Positions 28,629-38,945 of a stretch of DNA of 64,000 bases are shown one piece after another; the first letter of the stretch is position 1; every line of letters begins with the position of its first letter. The position numbers were made by a program, and so were the translations under genes. The notes under the pieces were generated by a model. The model was not told the DNA's origin and made no database searches. It worked only from the letters and a program-made list of their open reading frames with translations. Origin of the DNA: Formosa sp. Hel1_33_131. Lineage in GTDB: Bacteria > Bacteroidota > Bacteroidia > Flavobacteriales > Flavobacteriaceae. The stretch spans positions 13,336 through 77,335 of the forward strand of contig CATEFX010000057.1 in NCBI GenBank assembly GCA_949499105.1, read 5' to 3'.

Positions 28629-30200
28629 TTAAAAAGGGGTGTCTATATTTAATTCTTTACACAAAGCAATGAGTTCTTTGTCGGTTTCTTGCATACTGGT
28701 TTCTAAGGTTTTTAGGGTTTTAGAAACTAGGGCAATATCAACAGGGTCTTCTTCTTCAAAAGTGTTTACATATCTTGGTATGTTCAAATTATAGTCGTTT
28801 TCAGCTATTTCTTCTAAAGTAGCTACATAACTATATTTGTCTGTAACCGTTCTGTTTATGTAGGTATTTACAATAGTTTCTATATCTATAGCACGCAACA
28901 TATTTTGTGTTTTCACCTTTTCAAAATGTTGGCTACTATCTATAAATAATATATCCTCAGGATTTTCTCTACATTTTTTAAAGACTAAAATACACGTTGG
29001 TATGCTGGTCCCGTAAAATATATTGGCAGGTAAACCAATGACGGCATCTAAATAGTTTCGGTCTTCAATTAAGTATCTTCTAATGTGTTGTTCTGCACCG
29101 CCTCTAAACAAAGCGCCGTGTGGCAAAACGAGAGCCATAGTTCCGTTTTCTGCCAAGTGGTGAATCATATGTTGTACAAAGGCAAAATCGGCTTTGCTTT
29201 TTGGGGCTAGTTTTCCGTATTGGCTAAACCGATCATCACTTGTAAATAATGGGTTAGCACTCCATTGAGCTGAAAAGGGTGGATTGGCTACAATGGCTTC
29301 AAAACGCTCGTCAATATGTTGTGGATGTTCTAAAGTATCTTCTTGTTTTATGTCAAATTTTCGGTAATGAATATCGTGCAAAATCATATTCATACGCGCC
29401 AAGTTGTAAGTCGTACGGTTAAGCTCTTGTCCGTAAAAGTTGGTTACGCTTTCTACTTCTTTTGCCACACGTAATAAAAGAGAACCCGAACCACAAGTTG
29501 GGTCGTAAACCGATTTTAGTTTTGTTTTTCCTGTGGTCACCAATTTTGCTAAAACTTTACTAACTTCTTGTGGTGTGTAAAATTCGCCTGCTTTTTTTCC
29601 AGCTCCACTTGCAAACTGCCCAATTAGATATTCGTAAGCATCTCCTAAAACGTCTGTCTCTGTGTTTTCAAGATTGAAATCAATTTTATCTAAATGCGAT
29701 AACACTTTGGCAATAATATCATTTCTTGCTTCTGGTGATTTCCCCAGTTTGGTAGAGTTTAAGTCCATATCCTCAAACAGATTGTCAAAATCTTCTTCGC
29801 TTTCCGTTCCCATTGTTGTGAGTTGGATATTGGTCAGGATTCTCTGTAAATCTTCTAATATGAAATTTGAAATGCCTTCGATATCACTATTTCCTCTTTT
29901 TGAAATTTGGCTAAACAATTCACTAGGTTTTAAGAAATACCCTAGTTTTTCAACCGCTTCTTCTTTAATAGCTTGGATGTATGCTTGTCCGTTTTGAGTA
30001 TTTTCGTTGATGCTTGTAAAGACCATTCCATCTGGTTTGAGAATTGTATTGGCATACATTCGCATCTTTTCAGATAGATATTTGTAGAAAATGAATCCTA
30101 AAATATAATCCCGAAACTCGTCTGCATTCATTTTTCCTCTAAGCGTATTTGCTATATTCCACAGTTGTTGCTCGAGTTGTTTTTTTTGGTCTTCACTCAT
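28629..30200 (-). CDS. hsdM: Type I restriction-modification methyltransferase subunit M
   Basis: LWNIANTLRG, GEFYTP, YDPTCGSGSLL, ANPPF, YNLNIPRYV. Confidence 0.96.
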   Translation of the reverse strand: MSEDQKKQLEQQLWNIANTLRGKMNADEFRDYILGFIFYKYLSEKMRMYANTILKPDGMVFTSINENTQNGQAYIQAIKEEAVEKLGYFLKPSELFSQISKRGNSDIEGISNFILEDLQRILTNIQLTTMGTESEEDFDNLFEDMDLNSTKLGKSPEARNDIIAKVLSHLDKIDFNLENTETDVLGDAYEYLIGQFASGAGKKAGEFYTPQEVSKVLAKLVTTGKTKLKSVYDPTCGSGSLLLRVAKEVESVTNFYGQELNRTTYNLARMNMILHDIHYRKFDIKQEDTLEHPQHIDERFEAIVANPPFSAQWSANPLFTSDDRFSQYGKLAPKSKADFAFVQHMIHHLAENGTMALVLPHGALFRGGAEQHIRRYLIEDRNYLDAVIGLPANIFYGTSIPTCILVFKKCRENPEDILFIDSSQHFEKVKTQNMLRAIDIETIVNTYINRTVTDKYSYVATLEEIAENDYNLNIPRYVNTFEEEDPVDIALVSKTLKTLETSMQETDKELIALCKELNIDTPF

Positions 30201-30385
30201 TTATTTTAATCTATTTTTTCTTCATGTTACCTCCACTGTTAGATCTATTTTTATGCTGCTACCAACCCAATATTTACAATCAATCGTTTGAAATCATATA
30301 CCATATTATCTGTTGCTAGTTCCCATTAGGATGGTGTACACTTGCAATTCTTAATAAAATAATATCTAAATGTTGGTTCTATTGG

Positions 30386-30651
30386 TTATGAAGAATCAGA
30401 TTTGGGATCTAAGACTTATATAAAAGTAAAAAATAATCACGGATAACCAAATATATACTTGATTATTAACTCTTTAGTTTTGCAAGTTATGAGGATCTAA
30501 TACGCTCGCAGTCTACACCGGCTGTAGCTGTCCTAAAATGTATTTTTCTTTCATCTCGATTGATGCAACCCTTCTTTCATTTTAGGGCTATTTCATTTAT
30601 TGAGCTGTTCATTTTTTATTTTTGCGAAGTCAGGAGACTTCGCAGAGCGGG
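30386..30651. repeat. 266-bp direct repeat, copy B
   Basis: Near-identical to 23667-23932; 30361-30499 also matches 31738-31876. Confidence 0.95.
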
Positions 30652-30715
30652 GGTATGGAATTTGAGTCAGTGCTTGGCGGTCGATTTAATATCGATTATA
30701 AATAGTTAGCAAAAG

Positions 30716-31549
30716 TCAGTCTTCTTTTTTGTACAAATGAGGATTTTCTACGATCCCTTTTTTAAAGATTTTTCTAATGTTCATTCTTATAGATGAGTCA
30801 ATTTTTAAAATTTGATTTGTAATTATTTGCTCAGGCCGTCCTCTAAAAGTCGTAACATGAAATTTATCATTAGCTTGTAGCGGATTATTTGAAAAATAAT
30901 AATTAGATACACAGTTTCGAGAAGAATTTACTAAAACTGGACTTACAGAATGCCAAGAAGATTGATGTGTGGCCATTACAATTAACCGATTAAATCTAGA
31001 ATGTAAAGTGACTTGTTTTTTCTTTAGACCGTTGGGCCATAACTCCAGATGTCCTCCGTTTTCATCATTCCACTCAGGACTAACATAATATAGCAAATTC
31101 AAAACTCTCCATCTATTTCTATCCTTATCATGTGAGTTATCTAAGTGTGGGTTTAAGAATTGACCTTTTTTCATAGAGGATATACCACCAGCATACAAAT
31201 GTTCATCAGGGCAAAGAAACTCTATTTCACAAATATCTTTAATGTTCTGTACGATTTTTTCATTTTGAAATGCATAAATTACCTCTTCTAAAATAGGATG
31301 ATATTTGTTCATTTGAGCCGCTATATGCTTATCCTCTCGCAAACTCTTTTTTAAAATCATTTTTTTTGGATCAGGAAATTGGATATTGATATGTTGTGCA
31401 ATTTCTACAGGCAAAAGGTTGTCAATATAAAAGTAGCCTATGTTGTTTTTTGAATTCTTATAGTGTTGTTTTATTGAATCTCTATCTTGGTTTATTTTAT
31501 CTAATATTATTTTCGCCAATTCAACTCTGTTTATAGTGATTTCTTCCAT
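30716..31549 (-). CDS. 2OG-Fe(II) oxygenase
   Basis: HLD (HxD) ... WHSV ... RNCVS facial-triad and 2OG-binding pattern; likely start MEEITIN at 31549. Confidence 0.85.
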   Translation of the reverse strand: MEEITINRVELAKIILDKINQDRDSIKQHYKNSKNNIGYFYIDNLLPVEIAQHINIQFPDPKKMILKKSLREDKHIAAQMNKYHPILEEVIYAFQNEKIVQNIKDICEIEFLCPDEHLYAGGISSMKKGQFLNPHLDNSHDKDRNRWRVLNLLYYVSPEWNDENGGHLELWPNGLKKKQVTLHSRFNRLIVMATHQSSWHSVSPVLVNSSRNCVSNYYFSNNPLQANDKFHVTTFRGRPEQIITNQILKIDSSIRMNIRKIFKKGIVENPHLYKKED

Positions 31550-31737
31550 TGTTGTTTGAGGTTTATCTAGTTTACTATAATTTTTGTTAACTAGTATATA
31601 CATGCACCAATAAGCCTGCATATTTATTGTTATTACGTGTATTTTTCAACTTTTAGTTTTATAAAATTTATCTAACTATTTATTCGTTTTTGAAACTTTT
31701 GCATACACGAAATCGCCCGTATAATTTACAGTACTAA

Positions 31738-31876
31738 AATATCTAAATATTGGTTCAATTGGTTGTGAAGAATTAGATTTGGGATCTAAGTCTGATATAA
31801 AAGTAAAAAAAAATCAGGCATCTCCAAAGAAATACCTGATTATTAAACGTTTAGTTTTGCAAGTGATGAGGATTTA
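31738..31876. repeat. Diverged partial copy C of the island repeat, abutting the secA stop codon
   Basis: aatatctaaat.ttggttc...gatttgggatctaag...ttagttttgcaagt.atgaggat shared with copy B; all but its first about 25 bp also shared with copy A. Confidence 0.85.
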
Positions 31877-34800
31877 TTCATTCACGATCACCCATTCGCC
31901 TTTGGCAATTAATGGTTCTGCTTGCTTGTATTTTACGGTTTTATTTTCGCCGCTCATCACATGCTTAATCGTCACACGATCGTTACGTCCAATTTTTGGC
32001 TGGTCTCTCACAATGGTTTCCACGGTTTGTTGTGCTCGTTGTGTGTTGCCTGCCGCTCTGGATTGTGCCGAACGCTCATCTAAATTTGGAATGTTTTCCT
32101 TAGACGTTTGTGTGTTTTCTCGACGGCGCGATTTTGCTTCTTGAATGGTATTGGCGGTTTCCTGTGGAATTTCGCCTTTAAATAAGAATGAAATCACATC
32201 CTTATTCACCTGATCAATCATGGCCTTAAACAATTCAAATGACTCAAACTTATAAATCAATAAAGGATCTTTTTGTTCGTGGACCGCCAATTGTACCGAT
32301 TGTTTCAGTTCGTCCATTTTTCGTAAATGGGTTTTCCAAGCATCGTCAATAATGGCTAAAGAAATGTTTTTCTCAAAATCCGTCACCAGTTGTTTTCCGT
32401 TGGTTTGGTACGCTTTTTCGAGGTCGGTGACCACTTGTAATGACTTTACACCATCGGTAAAAGGCACCACAATGCGCTTAAATTTATCACGCTGTGTTTC
32501 ATATACATTTTGAATGACTGGAAATGCTAACTCCGCATTTCGTTCCATTTTAGAGAGGTAGTGTTGAAACGCTGTTTTATAAACCGTTCCAGCAATCTCT
32601 TGCGTGGTTTTACTCGCAAATTCATCCGCTGAAACAGGGGCGCTCATTGAAAAGTAACGAATCAATTCAAACTCAAAGTTTTTATAATCGTTATTAGCCT
32701 TATTGCCTTCCGTAATAATTTCAGACGTGTCATAGATCATATTTGCTAAATCGACGCGTAGACGTTCTCCAAAGAGGGCATTATAACGACGTTTGTACAC
32801 CACTTCACGCTGAGAGTTCATCACATCATCATATTCTAAAAGACGCTTTCGAACTCCAAATTGATTTTCTTCCACTTTTTTCTGGGCGCGTTCAATCGAT
32901 TTTGAAATCATTGAATGCTGAATCACTTCGCCTTCTTCAAGACCCATACGGTCCATCATTTTGGCAATACGTTCGCTACCAAAAAGACGCATTAAATTAT
33001 CTTCTAAAGAAACATAGAACTGGGAGCTTCCTGGATCTCCTTGACGCCCCGCTCGTCCTCTTAATTGTCTATCGACACGACGTGAATCGTGACGTTCCGT
33101 TCCAACAATGGCCAAACCGCCAGCGGCTTTAACTTCTTCTGATAATTTGATATCCGTTCCACGACCCGCCATGTTGGTGGCAATGGTTACTTGTCCGGGC
33201 TGTCCTGCTTCAGCCACAATATCGGCTTCTTTTTTGTGCAACTTAGCATTTAAGACGTTGTGAGGAATTTTGCGAATGCTCAACATTTTCCCTAACAATT
33301 CACTAATCTCAACATTGGTCGTTCCAATCAATACCGGACGTCCAGCTTTCGATAAATTAGTGACTTCATCAATCACCGCATTGTATTTTTCACGTTTGGT
33401 TTTATAGACTAAATCTTCGCGATCATCTCTTGCAATCGGACGATTGGTAGGGATTTCGATCACATCTAATTTATAAATCTCCCAAAACTCACCGGCTTCT
33501 GTGACTGCCGTTCCAGTCATCCCAGAAAGCTTGCGGTACATTCGAAAGTAATTTTGTAAGGTCACCGTTGCAAAAGTTTGTGTCGCGGCTTCAATTTTTA
33601 CATTTTCCTTGGCTTCAATCGCTTGATGCAATCCATCGCTATACCGACGGCCGTCCATAATACGTCCGGTTTGTTCATCGACAATCATCACTTTGTTTTC
33701 CATTACCACATATTGAATGTCTTTTTCAAAGAGGGCATAGGCTTTTAAGAGTTGATTGAGCGTGTGGATGCGTTCCGATTTGATTCCAAATTCTCGAAAT
33801 AATTCTTCTTTGAGTTCGGCTTCTTTTTCGGTGGCAAGGTTTTGAGTTTCAATTTTTGAAATTTCCATGCCGATTTCTGGCATGACAAAAAAGTCGGGAT
33901 TGTCTTTTCCAGATAAATATTCGACCCCTTTATCAGATAATTCAATCTGATTATTTTTTTCATCAATCACATAATAGAGTTCTTCATCCACTTTGGGCAT
34001 TTCTCTATTGTTGTCCTGCATATAAAAATTCTCCGTTTTTTGAAGCAGTTGTTTGATGCCTTCTTCACTTAAAAATTTTATTAAGGCTTTGTTTTTTGGA
34101 ATCCCTCTAAAGACCCGTAACAATTGTAATCCACCCTCTTTGGTGTCGCCAGAAGCAATTAGCTTTTTGGCTTCAACAAGCACGGTGGTTAGGTATTTAC
34201 GTTGAATGCCAACAATGTCTTCTACTTTTGGTTTAAGCTCCATAAACTCATGGCGATCGCCTTGAGGAATAGGGCCAGAAATGATAAGTGGCGTACGTGC
34301 ATCATCAATTAAAACCGAATCGATTTCATCAACAATTGCATAATGAGGCGCACGTTGGACGAGATCATCGGGCGTATTTGCCATGTTATCTCTTAAGTAA
34401 TCAAATCCAAACTCATTATTAGTTCCGTAAGTAATATCGGAATTATAGGCGTTTTTACGTTCTTGAGAATTTGGTTGATGGTAATCAATACAGTCAATAG
34501 TCAACCCATGAAATTGAAAAATAGGCGCCATCCAAGCGCTATCACGTTTGGCCAGGTAATCATTCACGGTTACTAAGTGAACACCTTTACCTGTCAACGC
34601 ATTTAAGTAGACGGGGAGCGTGGCAACCAGCGTTTTTCCTTCTCCAGTATGCATCTCGGCAATTTTGCCTTGATGCATTGCGACCCCTCCAATAAGTTGC
34701 ACATCATAATGGACCATATCCCAAGTAATTGGTTTTCCGGCGGCATCCCAAGAATTGGCCCAAAATGCTTTTTCATCGTTTAAAGTGACATAGTCTTTGG

Positions 34801-35227
34801 TGCCCGAAAGCTCGCGGTCGAATGTACTTGCAGTGACTTCAATTTGAGCATTGTTGACAAATCGTTTGGCGGTTTCTTTGATCACCGAAAATGCTTCGGG
34901 GAGGATTGCATCTAAAACGTCTTGCGTTTTTGCGTAAACGTCATCTCTTAAACCATCAATCTCTAAATAGATATCTTCTTTTCGATCAATGTCTTCGGTC
35001 GAATCCGCTTCAAGATATAATTCTGCAATGCGATCTTCGAGCGATTTACAAGCGTCTGTGAGCGTCGACTTGAATTCTTGAGTTTTGGCGCGTAAGGCAT
35101 CATTGCTTAAGGCAGCAATGGCGGCTTCAAATGTTTTTATTTTGTTAACGACGGGCATGATCGCCTTGACGTCTTGTTTGGATTTATCTCCAACGAATAC
35201 TTTTAGTACCGAATTCAGTAAACTCAT
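31874..35227 (-). CDS. secA: Preprotein translocase subunit SecA
   Basis: MHTGEGKTL, VTVNDYLAKRD, IVDEIDSVLIDDARTPLIISG, ATNMAGRGTDI, QLRGRAGRQGDPG. Confidence 0.98.
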   Translation of the reverse strand: MSLLNSVLKVFVGDKSKQDVKAIMPVVNKIKTFEAAIAALSNDALRAKTQEFKSTLTDACKSLEDRIAELYLEADSTEDIDRKEDIYLEIDGLRDDVYAKTQDVLDAILPEAFSVIKETAKRFVNNAQIEVTASTFDRELSGTKDYVTLNDEKAFWANSWDAAGKPITWDMVHYDVQLIGGVAMHQGKIAEMHTGEGKTLVATLPVYLNALTGKGVHLVTVNDYLAKRDSAWMAPIFQFHGLTIDCIDYHQPNSQERKNAYNSDITYGTNNEFGFDYLRDNMANTPDDLVQRAPHYAIVDEIDSVLIDDARTPLIISGPIPQGDRHEFMELKPKVEDIVGIQRKYLTTVLVEAKKLIASGDTKEGGLQLLRVFRGIPKNKALIKFLSEEGIKQLLQKTENFYMQDNNREMPKVDEELYYVIDEKNNQIELSDKGVEYLSGKDNPDFFVMPEIGMEISKIETQNLATEKEAELKEELFREFGIKSERIHTLNQLLKAYALFEKDIQYVVMENKVMIVDEQTGRIMDGRRYSDGLHQAIEAKENVKIEAATQTFATVTLQNYFRMYRKLSGMTGTAVTEAGEFWEIYKLDVIEIPTNRPIARDDREDLVYKTKREKYNAVIDEVTNLSKAGRPVLIGTTNVEISELLGKMLSIRKIPHNVLNAKLHKKEADIVAEAGQPGQVTIATNMAGRGTDIKLSEEVKAAGGLAIVGTERHDSRRVDRQLRGRAGRQGDPGSSQFYVSLEDNLMRLFGSERIAKMMDRMGLEEGEVIQHSMISKSIERAQKKVEENQFGVRKRLLEYDDVMNSQREVVYKRRYNALFGERLRVDLANMIYDTSEIITEGNKANNDYKNFEFELIRYFSMSAPVSADEFASKTTQEIAGTVYKTAFQHYLSKMERNAELAFPVIQNVYETQRDKFKRIVVPFTDGVKSLQVVTDLEKAYQTNGKQLVTDFEKNISLAIIDDAWKTHLRKMDELKQSVQLAVHEQKDPLLIYKFESFELFKAMIDQVNKDVISFLFKGEIPQETANTIQEAKSRRRENTQTSKENIPNLDERSAQSRAAGNTQRAQQTVETIVRDQPKIGRNDRVTIKHVMSGENKTVKYKQAEPLIAKGEWVIVNE

Positions 35228-35309
35228 TATAGGTTTTTATTTTAATAATCTTTAAATGTAAAGACAGTCAAAGATACAGTTTGTTGTTATTTTCTTTGTG
35301 AAATAAAGC

Positions 35310-35338
35310 AAAAAAAAAGCCTCGATGGAGACTTTTTT
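35310..35338 (-). terminator. Probable intrinsic terminator after DUF2795 gene
   Basis: aaaaaaaagcctc-gatg-gagacttttt imperfect stem with A/T tracts. Confidence 0.6.
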
Positions 35339-35355
35339 AAATAATTTTTGAGTTT

Positions 35356-35577
35356 TTAATATTCATCTTCATTCCAAAGATAATCTTCGTCTGATGGATA
35401 ATCAGGCCAAATTTCTTGAATGGAGTCATATGAGTCTCCTTCATCTTCGATTGATTGAAGGTTTTCCACAACTTCGAGTGGAGCTCCTGTTCTAATAGAG
35501 TAATCTATTAATTCATCTTTAGTGGCTGGCCAAGGCGCATCACTTAGGTAAGAGGCAAGTTCTAATGTCCAATACAT
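35356..35577 (-). CDS. DUF2795 domain protein
   Basis: MYWTLELASYLSDAPWPATKDELIDY, highly conserved Bacteroidota protein. Confidence 0.9.
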   Translation of the reverse strand: MYWTLELASYLSDAPWPATKDELIDYSIRTGAPLEVVENLQSIEDEGDSYDSIQEIWPDYPSDEDYLWNEDEY

Positions 35578-35730
35578 TTTTTGAAGTATTTAATTTTTGC
35601 AAAAATAATTTTTTAGTTGAAAAAATCAAGTAAAAAAGCATTTATTTCATCAATAAAGTTATGAACGTTCTAAAATCCTCTGTAAAATAACAAATTATTA
35701 GACAGTGATTTACATTTTTTTAATCAACTA

Positions 35731-36306
35731 TTAGGTGGTTTTATTGGGGATCCATTTGATCTCCGCCGCCTGTAACTCATTTGACAATTTTCGTGCCAAT
35801 ACAAATAGGAAGTCCGATAAGCGATTTAAATAGATCAGGAGTTCGGGTTGTAAGGGTTGCGCACTATGGAGTTCAGAGACATTTCTCTCGGCACGGCGAC
35901 AAACACATCGTGCAATATGACAGAATGACACGGTTTGGTGTCCCCCTGGTAAAATGAAATGAGTCAGTGCTGGTAGTGCGGCATTCATCGCATCAATTTT
36001 TTCTTCCAAAAATGTAATTGATTCTGCTTTTAGGAAGCTGATTCCGAGACGTTTTCTTTTAGAGTCGTCTTTAAGTTTATCAGGGTCCGTCGCTAAAAGG
36101 GCGCCAATGATAAATAACTGTTCTTGAATTTGTAGGAGTGCTGTTTTGCTGTCATTGGAAATCGCTTGATCCCGAACCAAACCAAGGTACGAATTGAGTT
36201 CATCGACGGTACCATAGCTTTTAATTCTTAAATCGTGTTTTGGTAAGCGAGTCCCACCTACAAGTCCGGTGCTGCCTTTATCGCCTGTTTTTGTATAAAT
36301 TTTCAT
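35731..36306 (-). CDS. Cob(I)alamin adenosyltransferase (PduO type)
   Basis: KIYTKTGDKG, YGTVDELNS, FILPGG, RRAER, YLNRLSD. Confidence 0.93.
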   Translation of the reverse strand: MKIYTKTGDKGSTGLVGGTRLPKHDLRIKSYGTVDELNSYLGLVRDQAISNDSKTALLQIQEQLFIIGALLATDPDKLKDDSKRKRLGISFLKAESITFLEEKIDAMNAALPALTHFILPGGHQTVSFCHIARCVCRRAERNVSELHSAQPLQPELLIYLNRLSDFLFVLARKLSNELQAAEIKWIPNKTT

Positions 36307-36501
36307 GTGCTTATATTTATTGTTTTTTTAGGACACATGCAGTTCGCTATTGATCATTTTCCATGGGAGTTAAAATTTCGAATATGCTCGTTTGATGTGT
36401 TTAATTTAATAGTTCCTTAGAAACGCCTCCTTTTTAATAGGTTCTATTTCTCCGGTATATTTTCTATAAAGTTAAAAGTAATATTTTATTTTCCCAAGAG
36501 A

Positions 36502-37062
36502 TTAAAGTCTTATCGTAAAATGTTCTTTGGGTTGTTCGGATCTAAGAAACAAGAGCCCCCAATAAAAAGTATCAATCGATACAGAAATTTCAGCGAATGC
36601 TTTGAGCTGATTCCATTGCTCAAACTGCTGTTTGGTTTCTCGAATTGATTTGATAATGATCACTGAATCTCGATGACAATGTGCAATCAAACGTTTCATG
36701 GAATGAGGTTCAAGGGAGTCCGAATTTAAATAAATGCAACTCGGGGCTTTAGAAATTGAAACGTCAGAGTTAATCAAGGCATCGGTTGTATTATAAGGGA
36801 TGCAAGTGGTTTCTAAAGCCAACGCACATTTGTGGTTTGAATCGATGCTATCCGGGATGAAACAGTGGTTAAATTTAAAATAAGCGCCGAATCGATATAG
36901 AAATTTTGACTTGGAGTCTTGTTTAGATAAATGTTGATGGGCGTTGTGGTTCGTACGCTCATAAAAACACTTGGTCACTAAATCAAACACAAAAGGGGAG
37001 TGGACACCATGTTCGTTTTTGGAGCGCCACCAAAATTTTAAATATGATATAAGGACATTCAA
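36502..37062 (-). CDS. Hypothetical protein, degenerate O-methyltransferase-like
   Basis: NEHGVHSPFVFDL N-terminus and SIDTFYWGLLF..QPKEHF C-terminus; no intact SAM-binding motif. Confidence 0.6.
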   Translation of the reverse strand: MNVLISYLKFWWRSKNEHGVHSPFVFDLVTKCFYERTNHNAHQHLSKQDSKSKFLYRFGAYFKFNHCFIPDSIDSNHKCALALETTCIPYNTTDALINSDVSISKAPSCIYLNSDSLEPHSMKRLIAHCHRDSVIIIKSIRETKQQFEQWNQLKAFAEISVSIDTFYWGLLFLRSEQPKEHFTIRL

Positions 37063-38918
37063 TTCAGTTTTTCATTTAATTCCATCCACCTCAATTCCTT
37101 CTCTTCAATAACTTCATTTAAGGTTTTGAGCGCCTCTGAAAGTGTGTTGATGGTCTCCATATCAATGTCTGGAACCAGAAACTTTGCTTCCAATTCTTTT
37201 TTGTCAAATTCAAGCGATTTCAGCTTACTTTCAAGGTTGTTCAATTCTTTTTGTTCGTTAAAACTTAATTTTGTTTCCGATTGATTTGTGGCTGTTGGCT
37301 TTGCCGTCAATGTTTTTTTGGGTTCAGCGGCTACGGGTGTACTGTCTTCATACGTTCTGAAATCGGAGTAATTTCCTGGGAAATCTTCCACCATACCTTC
37401 GCCACGAAATACAAATAAATGATCGACAATCTTATCCATAAAATAACGATCATGCGACACCACTAACAAACAACCCGGGAAATCGAGTAAGAAGTTTTCC
37501 AAGACATTGAGGGTTACAATATCCAAATCATTGGTGGGCTCATCCAGAATTAAGAAGTTTGGATTTTGAATTAATACGGTACATAAATACAGCCGTTTGC
37601 GTTCGCCACCACTAAGTTTTTCGACAAAATCATATTGTTTTTTTCGACTAAATAAAAAGCGTTCGAGCAATTGTTGGGCACTAATTTGTTTGCCTTTCAT
37701 CAGGGGAATATAATCGCCGAAATCTCGAACGACGTCAATGACCTTTTGCATGGGCTTTGCTTTGATTCCGTCTTGCGTATAATAGCCAAATTTAATCGTT
37801 TCGCCTTCAATTATTTTGCCGCTATCGGGCTGAATTCCACCCGTAATCATATTTAGGAATGTGGATTTTCCGGTACCATTCTTACCAATAATTCCAATGC
37901 GTTCCCCGCGTTGGAAGACGTATTCAAATTTGTCTAAAATTAGTTTTTCATCAAATGCTTTGGATACTTTATGGATCTCTAAAATTTTACTTCCCAAACG
38001 TTCCATATTGATTTCCAACTGAACTTCATGATCGTTTCTTCGTTTGCTGGCACGTTCTTTTATTTCATGAAAATCACTGATTCTTGACTTCGATTTTGTG
38101 GTTCGTGCTTTGGGTTGACGGCGCATCCATCCCAGTTCTTTTTTAAAGAGTTGCTTAGACTTGTTTGTTTCAATTGCTTCCCGCTCAATCCGTTCTTCTT
38201 TTTTCTCGAGGTAATAGGAGTAATTTCCTTTATAATTATAAATACAACCTTCATCTAGCTCGATAATTTCTGAGCAAACACGCTCCAGAAAATACCGGTC
38301 GTGCGTCACCATAAATAAGGTGATATTCTCCTTCGCAAAAAACGATTCCAACCATTCGATCATTTCTAAATCCAAGTGGTTGGTGGGCTCATCCAAAATT
38401 AGTAAATCAGGTTTGCTCAATAACGTGTTAGCCAGTGCCAATCGCTTCTGTTGTCCACCAGAAAGTTGCCGAACCTTTTGATCTAAATTTTCTAGTTTTA
38501 ACTTAAAAAGTATTTGTGTGTATTGGGTTTCAAAATCCCAAGCTTGATAGCGTTCCATGTCATCAAAAGCGGTCTGATAGAGATTACTGTCTTCAGGGTT
38601 TTCAAGAGCTTCGTGGTAGGTTTTTATGACCTTTAAAATCGGGTTGTCGGATTTTAAAATCGTTTCTTCGATCGTCAAATCCTGGTCTAAAACAGGTTCT
38701 TGTGATAAGAACGTGGTTCGCAGGCCTTTTCGATACACGATTTGACCTGTGTCAGGAGCGTCTTTTCCAGAAAGAATGTTTAAAATTGTTGTTTTACCAG
38801 TCCCATTTTTGGCAACAAATGCTATTTTTTGATCTTTATGGATACTAAACGAGAGGTCTTCAAAAAGACTGAGTTCGCCGTACGACTTTGATATGTTTTC
38901 TACGTTGAGGTAATTCAA
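37059..38918 (-). CDS. ABC-F family ATP-binding protein (Uup-like)
   Basis: Two ABC domains (NGTGKT/NGTGKS, LSGGQ/LSGGE, LDEPTN), no TM segments, C-terminal coiled coil. Confidence 0.92.
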   Translation of the reverse strand: MNYLNVENISKSYGELSLFEDLSFSIHKDQKIAFVAKNGTGKTTILNILSGKDAPDTGQIVYRKGLRTTFLSQEPVLDQDLTIEETILKSDNPILKVIKTYHEALENPEDSNLYQTAFDDMERYQAWDFETQYTQILFKLKLENLDQKVRQLSGGQQKRLALANTLLSKPDLLILDEPTNHLDLEMIEWLESFFAKENITLFMVTHDRYFLERVCSEIIELDEGCIYNYKGNYSYYLEKKEERIEREAIETNKSKQLFKKELGWMRRQPKARTTKSKSRISDFHEIKERASKRRNDHEVQLEINMERLGSKILEIHKVSKAFDEKLILDKFEYVFQRGERIGIIGKNGTGKSTFLNMITGGIQPDSGKIIEGETIKFGYYTQDGIKAKPMQKVIDVVRDFGDYIPLMKGKQISAQQLLERFLFSRKKQYDFVEKLSGGERKRLYLCTVLIQNPNFLILDEPTNDLDIVTLNVLENFLLDFPGCLLVVSHDRYFMDKIVDHLFVFRGEGMVEDFPGNYSDFRTYEDSTPVAAEPKKTLTAKPTATNQSETKLSFNEQKELNNLESKLKSLEFDKKELEAKFLVPDIDMETINTLSEALKTLNEVIEEKELRWMELNEKLN

Positions 38919-38945
38919 AATTTTGTTTTTGCAAATAACGGATAA

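Noticed and set aside
30201-30360. Possible gene remnant upstream of hsdM
   Set aside because: Only short stop-interrupted frames; no family could be recognised by eye.
31779-33132. Plus-strand ORFs antisense to secA (and similar short antisense ORFs across the window)
   Set aside because: Shadow ORFs opposite well-supported genes, with no motifs.
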